A stretch of 64,000 nucleotides of DNA from an uncultured Planctomycetia bacterium (GTDB lineage: Bacteria > Planctomycetota > Phycisphaerae > FEN-1346 > JAACEH01), in NCBI GenBank assembly GCA_903929765.1, contig CAIYVX010000039.1, positions 32,573 to 96,572 on the forward strand, read 5' to 3'. Shown piece after piece: positions 18,026 through 27,650 of this stretch. The translations under genes were made by a program, and so were the position numbers. Position 1 is the stretch's first letter, and every line of letters starts with the position of its first letter. The notes below the pieces were generated by a model, which saw nothing but the letters and a program-made list of their open reading frames with translations, was not told where the DNA came from and ran no database searches.

Positions 18026-20731
18026 TTATTTCCCCGCCCCAATCAACTTCACCAACCGCGGCGTAATCTCGTCCCCCGCGGCCGCGTACTCCTTGAACTT
18101 GTCCCGCTCCGCGGCCTGCATTTCCGGCGTCAGGCGGGCGTAGAGCGTCCGGGCGTACTCGGCGGCGGCGTCGAGAGTTTCCGGAGCCGGCTTCACCAGC
18201 ACCGGCAGTTGGGCGTGCACCGTGCTGCGCGACAGCAGGAATTGGCGATCAGGCAGGCGGTCCAGATGGGCCTGCCCGAAACGCATGTAAAATTGCCAGG
18301 CCAGGTACCGGCCCAGCGGGTCGGCGCCATAGGTCGGCACTTTGGCCAGAGCGTCTTTCAACGTTCCCCCGCGCAGGGCCTTTTCGGTTTCCACCGCCAG
18401 CCGCTCGTTCGGCGAATGTTCATCGACCAGGAAGAACCAGGCTTGCCGCGTACCCAGGCCGGCCAGGGCCGTCTCGGCTTCCGTCTGCGGGACGCCGGTC
18501 AGGCCTTCGCGCAGGAAGAAAACCAGGAGGCTCGCGGCGACGAAATTGCCGCGGTCCGTTTCGCCCGCAGCCAGGCGGACCTGCGCGTCCCGATCATGGC
18601 TGTAAGGACTGGCCGGCAAGGCCGTGCCCAGCTCAAACCATTCCGTCTCGGGCCGCACTCCGGCCGTCTCGCCGTAACGCGCCGCCAGATCCAGCCAGGA
18701 GAGGGCGACCCAGGCCCGGTAACGGTTGGCCCACAAAATCCCGGCCAGCCGCGACGGCCGCGCCGTCGGCTTGGGCAGCCCCGCAGCACCCGAACGCGAA
18801 AGGTTGTCGAGAATCGCCGCCACGTGATCGTCGTCCACGCGGCCCAGCATCAGGACCTGGATGAGGTAAGCTTGCGGCGCTGTGGCTTTGGCCAGGGCAT
18901 CGACCACCCCCTGGCGGATGACATCGGAGGTTTCCAGGCCGGCCAGGGCCACCAGCCGGTCCCAGGCGGCCAGGTTGCCATGTTGGGCCAGTTCCACCAG
19001 CCGGACCTCGAACCGTTCCCGTCCCGCGCCGCGACCCAGGTCCGGCATCTCCATGATTCGGATCGGCTCGGGCAACGGTTCCCAAATCTGCCCCGCCGGC
19101 GGGCCGCCGGCGTCGATCCACCGTTTCACCAGTGCCGCATAGCGCTGCCGCCCGTCGGACGTGTCGACCGAGCCGCCGGCCAGCTCCAGGCCGGTCATTT
19201 TCCCGAGCACCGCGGCGGCGATGTCGGCCTTCGCTGTGTCGCGCGAAGTCAGTTGGCCCAGGAGATTGTTGGCCACGAGAGTGTTCCTCTGCCGGGCCAG
19301 CAGCGCCCCCGCCTGGTCGATCACCGGACGCCGCTGGGTCGGATCGAGGAGCGGCAGGAGTTGCGGTCGCGTCGCCGCATAATCGAACTTGCCCAATTCC
19401 TCGACTGCGGCCAACCGCACGTTGGTCTCGGCGTCGTTGCGGGCCACCCAACCGAGGGCGTCAATGCTCCAGGCCTGGTCGCTCTGTGCCGCCAATTCCC
19501 GAACGTCGGCAGCGCGCTGGGCCGAGGACGAAGCCTCGCCCATGGCCCCGCGAGCCACCAACTGGGCCGCCGGAGTCTGAGCGCGATTGATGATATCAGC
19601 CCGGGAGGAGGCCAGAAGTTCCTCCGGCGTCCGCACGACCGGCGCCACCGGCGTCTCGTGCTGTTCGCCGAACCAGGCGGGCAGAACAAGTTGCCAGAAG
19701 GCCAGGGCCAGGCCGCCGACCACCAGGACGATAGCGACCATGACCACCTTGCGCCGCCGGGCCTGGAGTTGGTCCTGACTCTCGGCATAGTCCGCTGGCT
19801 CCTCCGTCGGCGGACCGTCGCCCGGGGAAACGCCGATAGCGGCCAAGGCGTTGGGATCGGGCTCCCGTTCGCGGACGCGGATCGCGCCGACGCGGCCCAT
19901 TTCGCGTTCCACCGTTCGCCGCGCCGCCTCCGCCGTCAGGCCGGCCCGGACAGCGATCTCCTGGAGACGCGTCTCGTCGGCGGCCGTGAGCTGCCGCCCC
20001 ATGAGGGCTCCGCGCGCAACGAACTCAAAGGCTCGCTCCCGGTCGATAGCCGAGGGGTACGGCGGCAGCGACGCACGCCAGTCGGCCGGCCCCAGGCCCT
20101 GGGCCCAGGCTATGGCCTCGGCCTGAGCCGGACGCGGAAATCCGATCTGGTCGCCGGCCTCGGTCAACTGTCCATAAACGCGCGGCCCTTTGCCGCTCGA
20201 GATTTCCGCGCCCAGGGCCAGACTGCGGAAGATCCGCTCGGCCTCCGCCGGCTTCACGTTCTCCGCCGGACGCGGCGCCGGGCCGCGACCGCCCGACGCC
20301 TGATCGAGCCGCGCCGCCACTTCATCGACGTGCTTGTAAACCTCCTGCCAGGGCAACCCCAGCGACAGGCCGGCCTCGACCCACCGCCGCCGCGCCGAAG
20401 CCAACAGCGGTTGCCCCGGCGAAGTCACCTCGCCCTCCAGGGCCTTAAACTCCGCCCATTTTCGTTCCCGAATCGGACGGTCATATTCCGCCCGCTGCGC
20501 CGCGTCGCTCAGCACCTGCACCGCTTGGCCGATCTCGGCCATCAGGGCCAGCGCGTCGGCATTGTCCGGGCCGCCGACCTGCGTGGCGAGCTTGGCCAGC
20601 GCCGCGTCGGCCCGGCGGCGAACCGCGACGGCGTCGCCCTCGAGGTCCCCCAGGCCGAGCAATTGATAGTGGTTAAGTGGCCGCGGTTGCGGCGGAAATC
20701 CGAGAAGGCGGCCATAGCGATCTTCTGCCAT
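18026..20731 (-). CDS. Large hypothetical protein with alpha-helical (HEAT/ARM-like) repeats and a central TM segment
   Basis: 901-aa GC3-biased ORF. The N-terminus resembles a J domain (HYQLLGL) but lacks the HPD tripeptide. A central hydrophobic segment VVMVAIVLVVGGLALAFWQLV is present. Confidence 0.6.
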   Translation of the reverse strand: MAEDRYGRLLGFPPQPRPLNHYQLLGLGDLEGDAVAVRRRADAALAKLATQVGGPDNADALALMAEIGQAVQVLSDAAQRAEYDRPIRERKWAEFKALEGEVTSPGQPLLASARRRWVEAGLSLGLPWQEVYKHVDEVAARLDQASGGRGPAPRPAENVKPAEAERIFRSLALGAEISSGKGPRVYGQLTEAGDQIGFPRPAQAEAIAWAQGLGPADWRASLPPYPSAIDRERAFEFVARGALMGRQLTAADETRLQEIAVRAGLTAEAARRTVEREMGRVGAIRVREREPDPNALAAIGVSPGDGPPTEEPADYAESQDQLQARRRKVVMVAIVLVVGGLALAFWQLVLPAWFGEQHETPVAPVVRTPEELLASSRADIINRAQTPAAQLVARGAMGEASSSAQRAADVRELAAQSDQAWSIDALGWVARNDAETNVRLAAVEELGKFDYAATRPQLLPLLDPTQRRPVIDQAGALLARQRNTLVANNLLGQLTSRDTAKADIAAAVLGKMTGLELAGGSVDTSDGRQRYAALVKRWIDAGGPPAGQIWEPLPEPIRIMEMPDLGRGAGRERFEVRLVELAQHGNLAAWDRLVALAGLETSDVIRQGVVDALAKATAPQAYLIQVLMLGRVDDDHVAAILDNLSRSGAAGLPKPTARPSRLAGILWANRYRAWVALSWLDLAARYGETAGVRPETEWFELGTALPASPYSHDRDAQVRLAAGETDRGNFVAASLLVFFLREGLTGVPQTEAETALAGLGTRQAWFFLVDEHSPNERLAVETEKALRGGTLKDALAKVPTYGADPLGRYLAWQFYMRFGQAHLDRLPDRQFLLSRSTVHAQLPVLVKPAPETLDAAAEYARTLYARLTPEMQAAERDKFKEYAAAGDEITPRLVKLIGAGK

Positions 20732-20883
20732 GTTTTTACCCTAGCAAAGCGGAACCCGGTGTTCAAGAAAATTTGAGGCAACCATGTGGTTCTTGACCGG
20801 CGACGGCGGCGGCTTACAATGGCGACCGGTGTTGCGCTTATCGTCCCGTGGTGTTTCAATGCTTTAACACAAGGATGCGTTGT

Positions 20884-21909
20884 ATGACCGACCGCAACCG
20901 CGCTACAGTTTTTCTGACCGGGGCCACCGGCTTCGTCGGAGGCCATCTCGTGGCGCGGCTCGTGGCCGACGGCCTGCGCCCGCGCTGCCTGGTCCGGGCC
21001 ACGAGCAACGTCGCAGAGTTGAAACGCGCCGGCGCGGAACTCGTGACCGGCGACATCACCGACCCGCCCGAAAAGCTGCGGCAACTGATCGGCGATTGCC
21101 GCCTCGTCTTTCACTGTGCCGGTCTGGTGGACGATTGGGCGCCGCGGGCGGAGATGGAACGAATCAACATCGATGGCACGCGGCACATGCTCGAAGCCTG
21201 CGCCGGGCTGAAGTCGCTAGAAAAATTCGTCATGGTCGGCAGCATGGTCGTCTTCGGCATGGGGCCGCAGAACAACTTTGACGAGTCCGCCCCCCTGACT
21301 CACACCGGCGACAATTACAACGAGACCAAAATCGTGGCCGAGGAACTGGCCTTCCAATATGCCGCCGAAAAAAACGTCCCGGTGGCCGTCTGCCGCCCGC
21401 CCTACGTCTACGGTCCGGGCGACCAGCAATTTTTCCCCCGCCTCTTCGAATCGCTCCGCGACGGCGTCTTCAAATACATCGGCGACGGCAACCAACCCAT
21501 CACCCTGGTTTACGTCCTGAATCTGGTCGAGGCCCTGGTTCTGGCATCGCGGACCAAAACGGCTCCCGGAGAATTGTTTCTGATCACCGACGGCGAGTCG
21601 ATCACCCGCCGCGAACTGGCCGAAATGATCTGCCGCGAAATGAATTACTCCGTCCCGACGGCCCACGTGCCCGAGGGCGTGGCCCGGGCCGTGCTGCCGG
21701 TGGTGGAATGGCTGGCCAAGGTCCGCCACCAGCGACCGATCCTCAACCGCTTCAAGTTGAAGTTCATGGCCACGCCGCTGACCTTCGACATTTCCAAAGC
21801 GCGCCGCCTGCTCGGCTACGAACCGGTCGAACCGCCGCGCGAAAGCCTGCGAAAAACCGTCCGCTGGTACCGCGAACATCACCCCGAAATGGCCGCAAAG
21901 ACGCGGTAA
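20884..21909 (+). CDS. NAD-dependent epimerase/dehydratase (extended SDR)
   Basis: TGATGFVGGHLVARL Rossmann motif and YxxxK-type core. Confidence 0.85.
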   Translation: MTDRNRATVFLTGATGFVGGHLVARLVADGLRPRCLVRATSNVAELKRAGAELVTGDITDPPEKLRQLIGDCRLVFHCAGLVDDWAPRAEMERINIDGTRHMLEACAGLKSLEKFVMVGSMVVFGMGPQNNFDESAPLTHTGDNYNETKIVAEELAFQYAAEKNVPVAVCRPPYVYGPGDQQFFPRLFESLRDGVFKYIGDGNQPITLVYVLNLVEALVLASRTKTAPGELFLITDGESITRRELAEMICREMNYSVPTAHVPEGVARAVLPVVEWLAKVRHQRPILNRFKLKFMATPLTFDISKARRLLGYEPVEPPRESLRKTVRWYREHHPEMAAKTR

Positions 21910-22229
21910 TCAGAGGGTTTTTGGCTCCCCGGCCTGGACGCTCTGCGGAACAATCGCACGGTCAAGTCGATGCTTCTGTCGAAATTACGAAGAGACGCCG
22001 CCGGGCCTTTTCATAGCCCAATACCGCAAGCTGGGTTGAAGCAGGGCGGGGTTCTTTGCCACGATAAATTTGCTCCAACGTGGTTTTTAGGTTATAATTC
22101 CGCCAGGAATTTATGGTGTGTCTTCATTCACCCGGGGATTGCGGTTCGGCACGCTTCAGAGCTTGGCTCAGCGCCGACGGCCGCAGTCCCCGGTTCTTTG
22201 CCGTAGCCGCAAGAGAAGGAAGGCGAAAC

Positions 22230-24038
22230 ATGCGTCCCAGAATGAGTCTGGTCATGAGCGCGGGGGCCATAATCCTTCTGGCCCTGGTTTCTGGCCCGGC
22301 CAGCGCCCAGACGCCGACCGTCCTGTTCAATTTTGACGGCACCCACGGCGAGTTTCCCAGTGGTTCATTGACGCTCCGCCCCGATGGCTTAACCCTGTAT
22401 GGGATGGCACATTTTGGCGGCGCCGGCGGCTATGGCACGATCTTCAGTCTGCCCTCCATCGGGGGCACGCCGACGGTCCTGTTCCCGTTTGACAGCACTC
22501 ACGGTTCATATCCCTTTTATGGCTCTTTGACGCTCAGCCCCGATGGCTTAACCCTGTACGGGATGACCTACTATGGTGGCGCCTCAGAACATGGTACAGT
22601 CTTCAGTCTGCCCACCATCGGCGGCACACCGACCGTCCTGTTCTCTTTTGATGGCACTCACGGTTCATATCCCTATGGCTCTTTGACGCTCAGCGGCTCG
22701 ACCATGTATGGGATGACACACGGTGGCGGCGCCGGCGGCTATGGCACGATCTTCAGTCTGCCCGCCATCGGCGGCACGCCGACGGTCCTGTTCTCGTTTG
22801 ACGGCACTCACGGTTCATATCCCTATGGCTCTTTGACGCTCAGCGGATCTACTCTGTATGGGATGGCCTCTGGGGGCGGCAACATGAGCCTCAACTCCGG
22901 CCTGGGCTTTGGCACGATCTTCAGCCTTCCCGCCATCGGTGGCACGCCGACCATCCTGTTCTCGTTTGACGGCCCCCACGGGGCCTATCCCTATGTTGGG
23001 GATTTAACGCTCAGCGGATCAACTCTGTATGGAATGACCTATTATGGCGGCGACCTGAGCCAGAACTTCGGCCAGGGCTATGGCGCGATTTTCAGCATTC
23101 CCATCACCGGCGGTACGCCGACGGTCCTGTTCTCGTTTGACGGCACTCACGGGTCTTATCCCAGGGGCGATTTGACACTCCGCGGCTCAACCCTGTATGG
23201 GATGACCTCTGCCGGCGGCAACGGTTTCAGCGGCGCCGGGACCGGCAATGGCCTGATCTTCAGCATTCCCATCACCGGCGGTACGCCGACGGTCCTGTTC
23301 CCGTTTGACAGCACCCACGGACTCGCGCCCTGGAATTCTTTGACACTCGGTGGCTCAACCCTGTATGGGATGACGCACAACGGCGGCGCCAACAACGAAG
23401 GCGTGGTCTTCGGCCTCAACCTCCCAACGCTTTCGGTCAGTGCTTCGACCGACAACACCTGGGTTTACCAGAACACGCCGGTCAACACCTGCTACCGGAA
23501 CCACCTGACGCTGACGTTGTTGCTCCCCGACACCTGGGGCAACAGCCACTACACCGTGACGGTCGGCCAGAGCGGTTCGGGCGCGGTCATCGCGAGTTCG
23601 ACGTTCATCGAGAACGTGGCGAGTCCTTCGCCCAGCGAAGTTGTGATGCCGATTCCGGCGGGCGGTCTGGTGGTAGCCGCCGCGCCGGTGCAGACCTTGT
23701 ACCTGATCGGCGGCCCGGTGTATCAGGGTCTGGCGCTCAGCGCCGCGAACCTTGCTCTGACGGGCTCCTGCACGGTGACGGTGACCGTAGTCGGCGACGT
23801 GTCCGGCGTAGGCAACCAGGCGACGGCGACCGTGACGATCACGGTGCGACCGCTGGGCGACATCACCGGTAGTGGGCAGGTGGGCGGCAATGACCGAACC
23901 GTTCTCGACAATCGGCTCAATGCCTTCAACCTCGCGTCTTACACCACCGCCGAGTGTGACCTTTCGGGCGACGGCTATGTCACCGCCGCCGACCGCGTGC
24001 TGCTCAACAAAATCCTCAACGGACTGGCGGTGCCGTAA
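22230..24038 (+). CDS. Gloeo_Verruco (GloVer) repeat-containing secreted protein with dockerin-like C-terminus
   Basis: Signal peptide, then about ten repeats of TVLFSFDGTHGSYPYGSLTLSGSTLYGMT..GG..GYGTIFSLP. The C-terminal DITGSGQVGGNDRTVL...DLSGDGYVTAADRVLL resembles dockerin Ca-binding loops. Confidence 0.75.
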   Translation: MRPRMSLVMSAGAIILLALVSGPASAQTPTVLFNFDGTHGEFPSGSLTLRPDGLTLYGMAHFGGAGGYGTIFSLPSIGGTPTVLFPFDSTHGSYPFYGSLTLSPDGLTLYGMTYYGGASEHGTVFSLPTIGGTPTVLFSFDGTHGSYPYGSLTLSGSTMYGMTHGGGAGGYGTIFSLPAIGGTPTVLFSFDGTHGSYPYGSLTLSGSTLYGMASGGGNMSLNSGLGFGTIFSLPAIGGTPTILFSFDGPHGAYPYVGDLTLSGSTLYGMTYYGGDLSQNFGQGYGAIFSIPITGGTPTVLFSFDGTHGSYPRGDLTLRGSTLYGMTSAGGNGFSGAGTGNGLIFSIPITGGTPTVLFPFDSTHGLAPWNSLTLGGSTLYGMTHNGGANNEGVVFGLNLPTLSVSASTDNTWVYQNTPVNTCYRNHLTLTLLLPDTWGNSHYTVTVGQSGSGAVIASSTFIENVASPSPSEVVMPIPAGGLVVAAAPVQTLYLIGGPVYQGLALSAANLALTGSCTVTVTVVGDVSGVGNQATATVTITVRPLGDITGSGQVGGNDRTVLDNRLNAFNLASYTTAECDLSGDGYVTAADRVLLNKILNGLAVP

Positions 24039-24171
24039 ACCTCGGTCCGAAACCTGTTTCTCCCCATTGCCCTCTCGGTTTACAGGGTGGCGGGGTGGGT
24101 GATGGCGAGACGCTGAAAGTACTGGCCACAAACCGCGAGAATCTCGCCACGAGGACTCCGTTTGGCGTTAG

Positions 24172-24208
24172 AAAAAAGGCCGCGAAATCGCGGCCTTCGT
24201 GTTTTTTA
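24172..24208. terminator. Bidirectional rho-independent terminator
   Basis: A-run, then GGCCGCGA-AAT-CGCGGCC hairpin, then T-run (GTTTTTTA). Located downstream of the GloVer-repeat gene. Confidence 0.6.
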
Positions 24209-24486
24209 GCCCGGTTATCCACAAACTGCGTGCCGCACAGGGGCATTTCGCCACTTTTCGCGCAAAATTCTCCAAATGTCCGGCATGAAAATAGCGAATG
24301 CGACTCTAACCTCTTGTGCCACAATGTGTTATGGCTGATCGCAGCCACATCGACAGGTAACAATTATTTCATTTTGGCCGAAAAGCCGGCCAATTCTCCG
24401 CTTTCCGGCCCATTGTCCACAGGTTATCCACAAAACAGCACCGCCCGGCGGGGCCGGGGCATCAACGGCACATATAACCTCTGTTG

Positions 24487-25476
24487 CTACCGCGAAATGC
24501 GCAAGCCCCCGCCGCCGGAGATCAGCTTTTCCACCTCGCTCCGCGTCGACCAGTTCAGGTCGCCGGGAATCGAATGTTTCAGAGCGCTCAGGGCCGTCCC
24601 GAAATCGACGGCCTTCTGAAGGTCGCCGCTCTCGAGGTAGCCGACCAGGAATCCGGCCGAAAAACTGTCGCCCGCGCCGACGCGATCAACGATTTCCACT
24701 TCGTACTTCGCCGCCTGGTAGACCTTGCCGCCGGCCAGGGCCATGGCCGACCAATCGTTCAGCCAGACGCGCGGATTCTCGCGCAGCGTGATGGCCACGA
24801 CCTTGAAGCCGAACTTGGCGACCAACTGCCGGGCCACATCTTCGTAGTCCTTGCCCTTGATCTTGAAGACGCGGCTGGTGTCTTCCTCGGTCGTGATCAG
24901 GACGTCGATGAACGGGCACATCGGCTCGATGACTTTCTGGGACTGCTCCTCGGTCCAGAGCCGGGCGCGGAAGTTCAGGTCGAAGGACGTGGACAGGCCG
25001 GCGGCCTTGGCCGCGCGGAGGCCTTCCATCGTCACCTGGGCGGCGCGGTCGGACAGGCCGGGGGTGATGCCGCCGGTGTGAAAATGGCGGGCTTCGGCAA
25101 AGGCGGCGGCCCAGGGCAACTCGCCCGGACCGGTCGCGGCAATGGCCGAGTCGGCCCGGTCGTAGACCACCAGGCTGGCCCGCGGCTTAGCCCCGAATTC
25201 AAGGTAATAGACCCCGGCCCGGGTGTTCTTTTTGGTGATGATGAACGACGTGTCGACGCCGTGCTCACGGGTCTTGTTGACGATCATGCGCCCCAGCGGA
25301 CCGTCGGGCACGGCCGTGACAAAGGCCGAGGACAGGCCCATGCGCTCGGCCGCCACGGCGATGTTCATCTCCGAGCCGCCGACGGTGACGTCAAAAGAAT
25401 TTGCCTGTTCCAGCCGCTGAAAACAAGGCGGGCTGAGCCGCAACATCGCTTCGCCCAGGGTGACGAGATCTGCCAT
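24487..25476 (-). CDS. PfkB family carbohydrate kinase (2-dehydro-3-deoxygluconokinase-like)
   Basis: C-terminal DRVGAGDSFSAGFLVGYL anion-hole/ATP motif and N-terminal GG dipeptide region. Confidence 0.85.
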   Translation of the reverse strand: MADLVTLGEAMLRLSPPCFQRLEQANSFDVTVGGSEMNIAVAAERMGLSSAFVTAVPDGPLGRMIVNKTREHGVDTSFIITKKNTRAGVYYLEFGAKPRASLVVYDRADSAIAATGPGELPWAAAFAEARHFHTGGITPGLSDRAAQVTMEGLRAAKAAGLSTSFDLNFRARLWTEEQSQKVIEPMCPFIDVLITTEEDTSRVFKIKGKDYEDVARQLVAKFGFKVVAITLRENPRVWLNDWSAMALAGGKVYQAAKYEVEIVDRVGAGDSFSAGFLVGYLESGDLQKAVDFGTALSALKHSIPGDLNWSTRSEVEKLISGGGGLRISR

Positions 25477-25684
25477 AACCGATTCCTTTCAAGGTTTCCG
25501 GCGGGTTAAGGAGCCGGAAGCGGGAGAGGAAAATACCGCGCCGCCCTCCCGGCGTCAAGATTTGTTTGGCGATTCATCTTGGTAAACCGGGCGGAATCCG
25601 TGTTGGTTTTCTCGTGGTTCCGCGTATTATATTGGGGATGTTTAGCCTCTGTTGCTGAACCGCCATTTTGAAAGGAGCTGTGGT

Positions 25685-26617
25685 ATGAAGCTTATGAGCG
25701 GATTGCTGGCTGTACTCGTCGTGGTTCTCCTTGGCGCTCTGATCTGGGCGGCGCAGCCGGCCGCAAGCGACTCGGCCATCTACCGCTTCCAGGCCCAGGC
25801 GAAAGGAAATGCGTGCAGCCGTTGCCACCCGTCAGGTCCGGTGCTCACGCTCCAGGTCGCCCCGGCTGCCGGAGGCAAGGCCATCGAGGTGGTCGTGGCC
25901 AACAATGGCCCGAAGGGCTCCCCGTACAATCCGCCGCAATTTGTCCTCGACCTCGTCAATGACCTCAAGCCGGGCGACCTGCTCGACCTGAAGACGGCCG
26001 TCGGCGCAGGCCACATCAACCAAGTCGCAAAAATCGAACGCTACAAGACCAGGCCGGGCGAGGATGAGCCGGGCGTTTTCGTCTTCGAAAAACTGACCGG
26101 CGGGCCGGATCATCCGGTGGTGACGCTCAGCAAGTACCGCATCAGCCAGACCTTGCCACTCATGCTCAATAAGGGCGCCAACGACAAAATTGACCCGGAA
26201 CAGCAAAAAGTCGCCGAGGCCTTGAAGACCGGAGAGTCCGTCGAGGTCGAGGTGGGCACATTGGGCGGACAGCCGGTGATCAAGTCCCTGGTCCCCTACG
26301 TCGCGCCGCAGCGCGGCACGTTCGTCAAAATGACCGAGGCCGTGGTCGGCGAGGCCAAGCTCCCGGCCATCGAGGTGACGCCCGAGAAGGCCGCCAACTC
26401 GGTTGCCCTGGTGATTAGCGGTACGGCCAATGCCGCCGGCAAAATCGTTCCCAACCCCGAACTGCTCAAGCTGGCCAAGACCCTCAAGCCCGGCCAGGCG
26501 ATCCTCTTCAAAACGACCAAGGACGACCGGGCGACTTGGCTGCGGCAAGTCCGCCTCATCCCCGCCGATGGCCCCGCGGACAAGGCCGATAGCCACCCCG
26601 CGACACCGGCCAAATAA
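25685..26617 (+). CDS. Hypothetical secreted protein
   Basis: RBS AAAGGAG and signal peptide MKLMSGLLAVLVVVLLGALIWAAQPAASD. No recognizable family. Confidence 0.55.
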   Translation: MKLMSGLLAVLVVVLLGALIWAAQPAASDSAIYRFQAQAKGNACSRCHPSGPVLTLQVAPAAGGKAIEVVVANNGPKGSPYNPPQFVLDLVNDLKPGDLLDLKTAVGAGHINQVAKIERYKTRPGEDEPGVFVFEKLTGGPDHPVVTLSKYRISQTLPLMLNKGANDKIDPEQQKVAEALKTGESVEVEVGTLGGQPVIKSLVPYVAPQRGTFVKMTEAVVGEAKLPAIEVTPEKAANSVALVISGTANAAGKIVPNPELLKLAKTLKPGQAILFKTTKDDRATWLRQVRLIPADGPADKADSHPATPAK

Positions 26618-26641
26618 ACACACTTTGGCGTCCTGGCCGCT

Positions 26642-27523
26642 TCAAAGTATGGTTGCCGGATTCCACATTTGAGCAGCCAGCCACGCCCAGAGAGCGCGCG
26701 GCGTCAGTTGATAGCCGAGCGCCTTGCGGGCCAACTCGACGGCGGAGGCGCGATCGCCGGTGCGGCGGGCGGCGTCCGAAGCCTTCCGCCATTCCTGTGA
26801 CAGCCGGCGCATGGCCCGGCGGCGCGGAATCGCCTCGCGGCCGCCCAACTGGAAATAAAACTCTTCCAGCACCGTCGCCTTGATCCGCTGATTCTCAAAA
26901 GAGCGGGCGGAAAGGTTGGCGGAGTGCCGGCGGTGCAGAACCAGCGGCTCGGGGCCGGCCAGAAAGTCGCAGGTCAGGGAAAGGATCAGGAACGTGCGAA
27001 TGTCGGAAAAGACGCGGTAGCGCGGGTCGAAGCCGACCTGACGCATCAACTCCGTGGGGCCGAGGACGGAGGTCGGGGCGATGAAGGAATGCTCGAAAAG
27101 TTCGGTCGTGATCCGGCCGGTGGGCGTCGGCCGCACCTCGCGACCAACCATCCGCCCCTCGGCGTCGATGGCCAGTTGCGGACCGTAAATGACGGTCCGC
27201 TCGCCGCGCCCGGCCAGGAGCGCCATCTGCCGCTCGAGTTTTGTCGGTAGCCAGAGGTCGTCGGAATCGAGAAAGGCCACCAGCGGCGTATGCGTCTCGG
27301 CCAGGCCCCTGTTGCGAGCCGCAGCGTCGCCCTGATTTTTCTGGCTGATGTAGCGAACCGGATGAGGATAGGCGCGAAGCATGGCGGCGGTGTCGTCGGT
27401 CGATCCGTCATCAACAACGAGGACTTCAAAATCGGTCCAGGTCTGGCTGAAGACGCTATCGAGGGCCAGGCGCAGATAGGCCGCCCGGTTGAACGTCGGA
27501 ATGATGACGGTGACTTGGGCCAT
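26642..27523 (-). CDS. Glycosyltransferase family 2
   Basis: VTVIIPTFNRAAYLRLALDSV...FEVLVVDDGSTDDT...FLDSDD. Confidence 0.8.
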   Translation of the reverse strand: MAQVTVIIPTFNRAAYLRLALDSVFSQTWTDFEVLVVDDGSTDDTAAMLRAYPHPVRYISQKNQGDAAARNRGLAETHTPLVAFLDSDDLWLPTKLERQMALLAGRGERTVIYGPQLAIDAEGRMVGREVRPTPTGRITTELFEHSFIAPTSVLGPTELMRQVGFDPRYRVFSDIRTFLILSLTCDFLAGPEPLVLHRRHSANLSARSFENQRIKATVLEEFYFQLGGREAIPRRRAMRRLSQEWRKASDAARRTGDRASAVELARKALGYQLTPRALWAWLAAQMWNPATIL

Positions 27524-27542
27524 GGCGGCAATCTTTGCTGTT

Positions 27543-27600
27543 ACCCCTCTCCCTTGGGAGAGGGTGGCCCTTCAGGGCCGGGTGAGGGGTTTATGCCCTT
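27543..27600. repeat. Family-A element A10
   Basis: CCCCTCTCCCTTGGGAGAGGGTGGCCCTTCAGGGCCGGGTGAGGGG. Confidence 0.8.
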
Positions 27601-27650
27601 GCCCTCAAATTCGTTCAAGTGACAGGCTGAGAATAGTTTTCATATACGCG

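Noticed and set aside
18026-20731. J-domain (DnaJ) call for the N-terminus of the 901-aa protein
   Set aside because: HYQLLGL resembles helix I of a J domain, but the invariant HPD tripeptide is absent.
17897-20776. 959-aa plus-strand ORF
   Set aside because: Antisense to the 901-aa minus-strand gene and Arg/Gly/Pro rich. The minus-strand frame has the coherent TM segment and helical repeats.
22113-22229. Upstream extension of the GloVer protein ORF
   Set aside because: The ATG at 22230 has a good RBS and is followed directly by a signal peptide. The upstream extension is Arg/Cys-rich with no signal.
24172-24432. Calling this region oriC
   Set aside because: Only three DnaA-box-like 9-mers are present, with no adjacent dnaA/dnaN/gidA and no skew information. 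It is retained only as a DnaA-box observation.
24484-25509. 341-aa plus-strand ORF
   Set aside because: Antisense to the PfkB kinase gene, which carries the conserved DRVGAGDSF motif.
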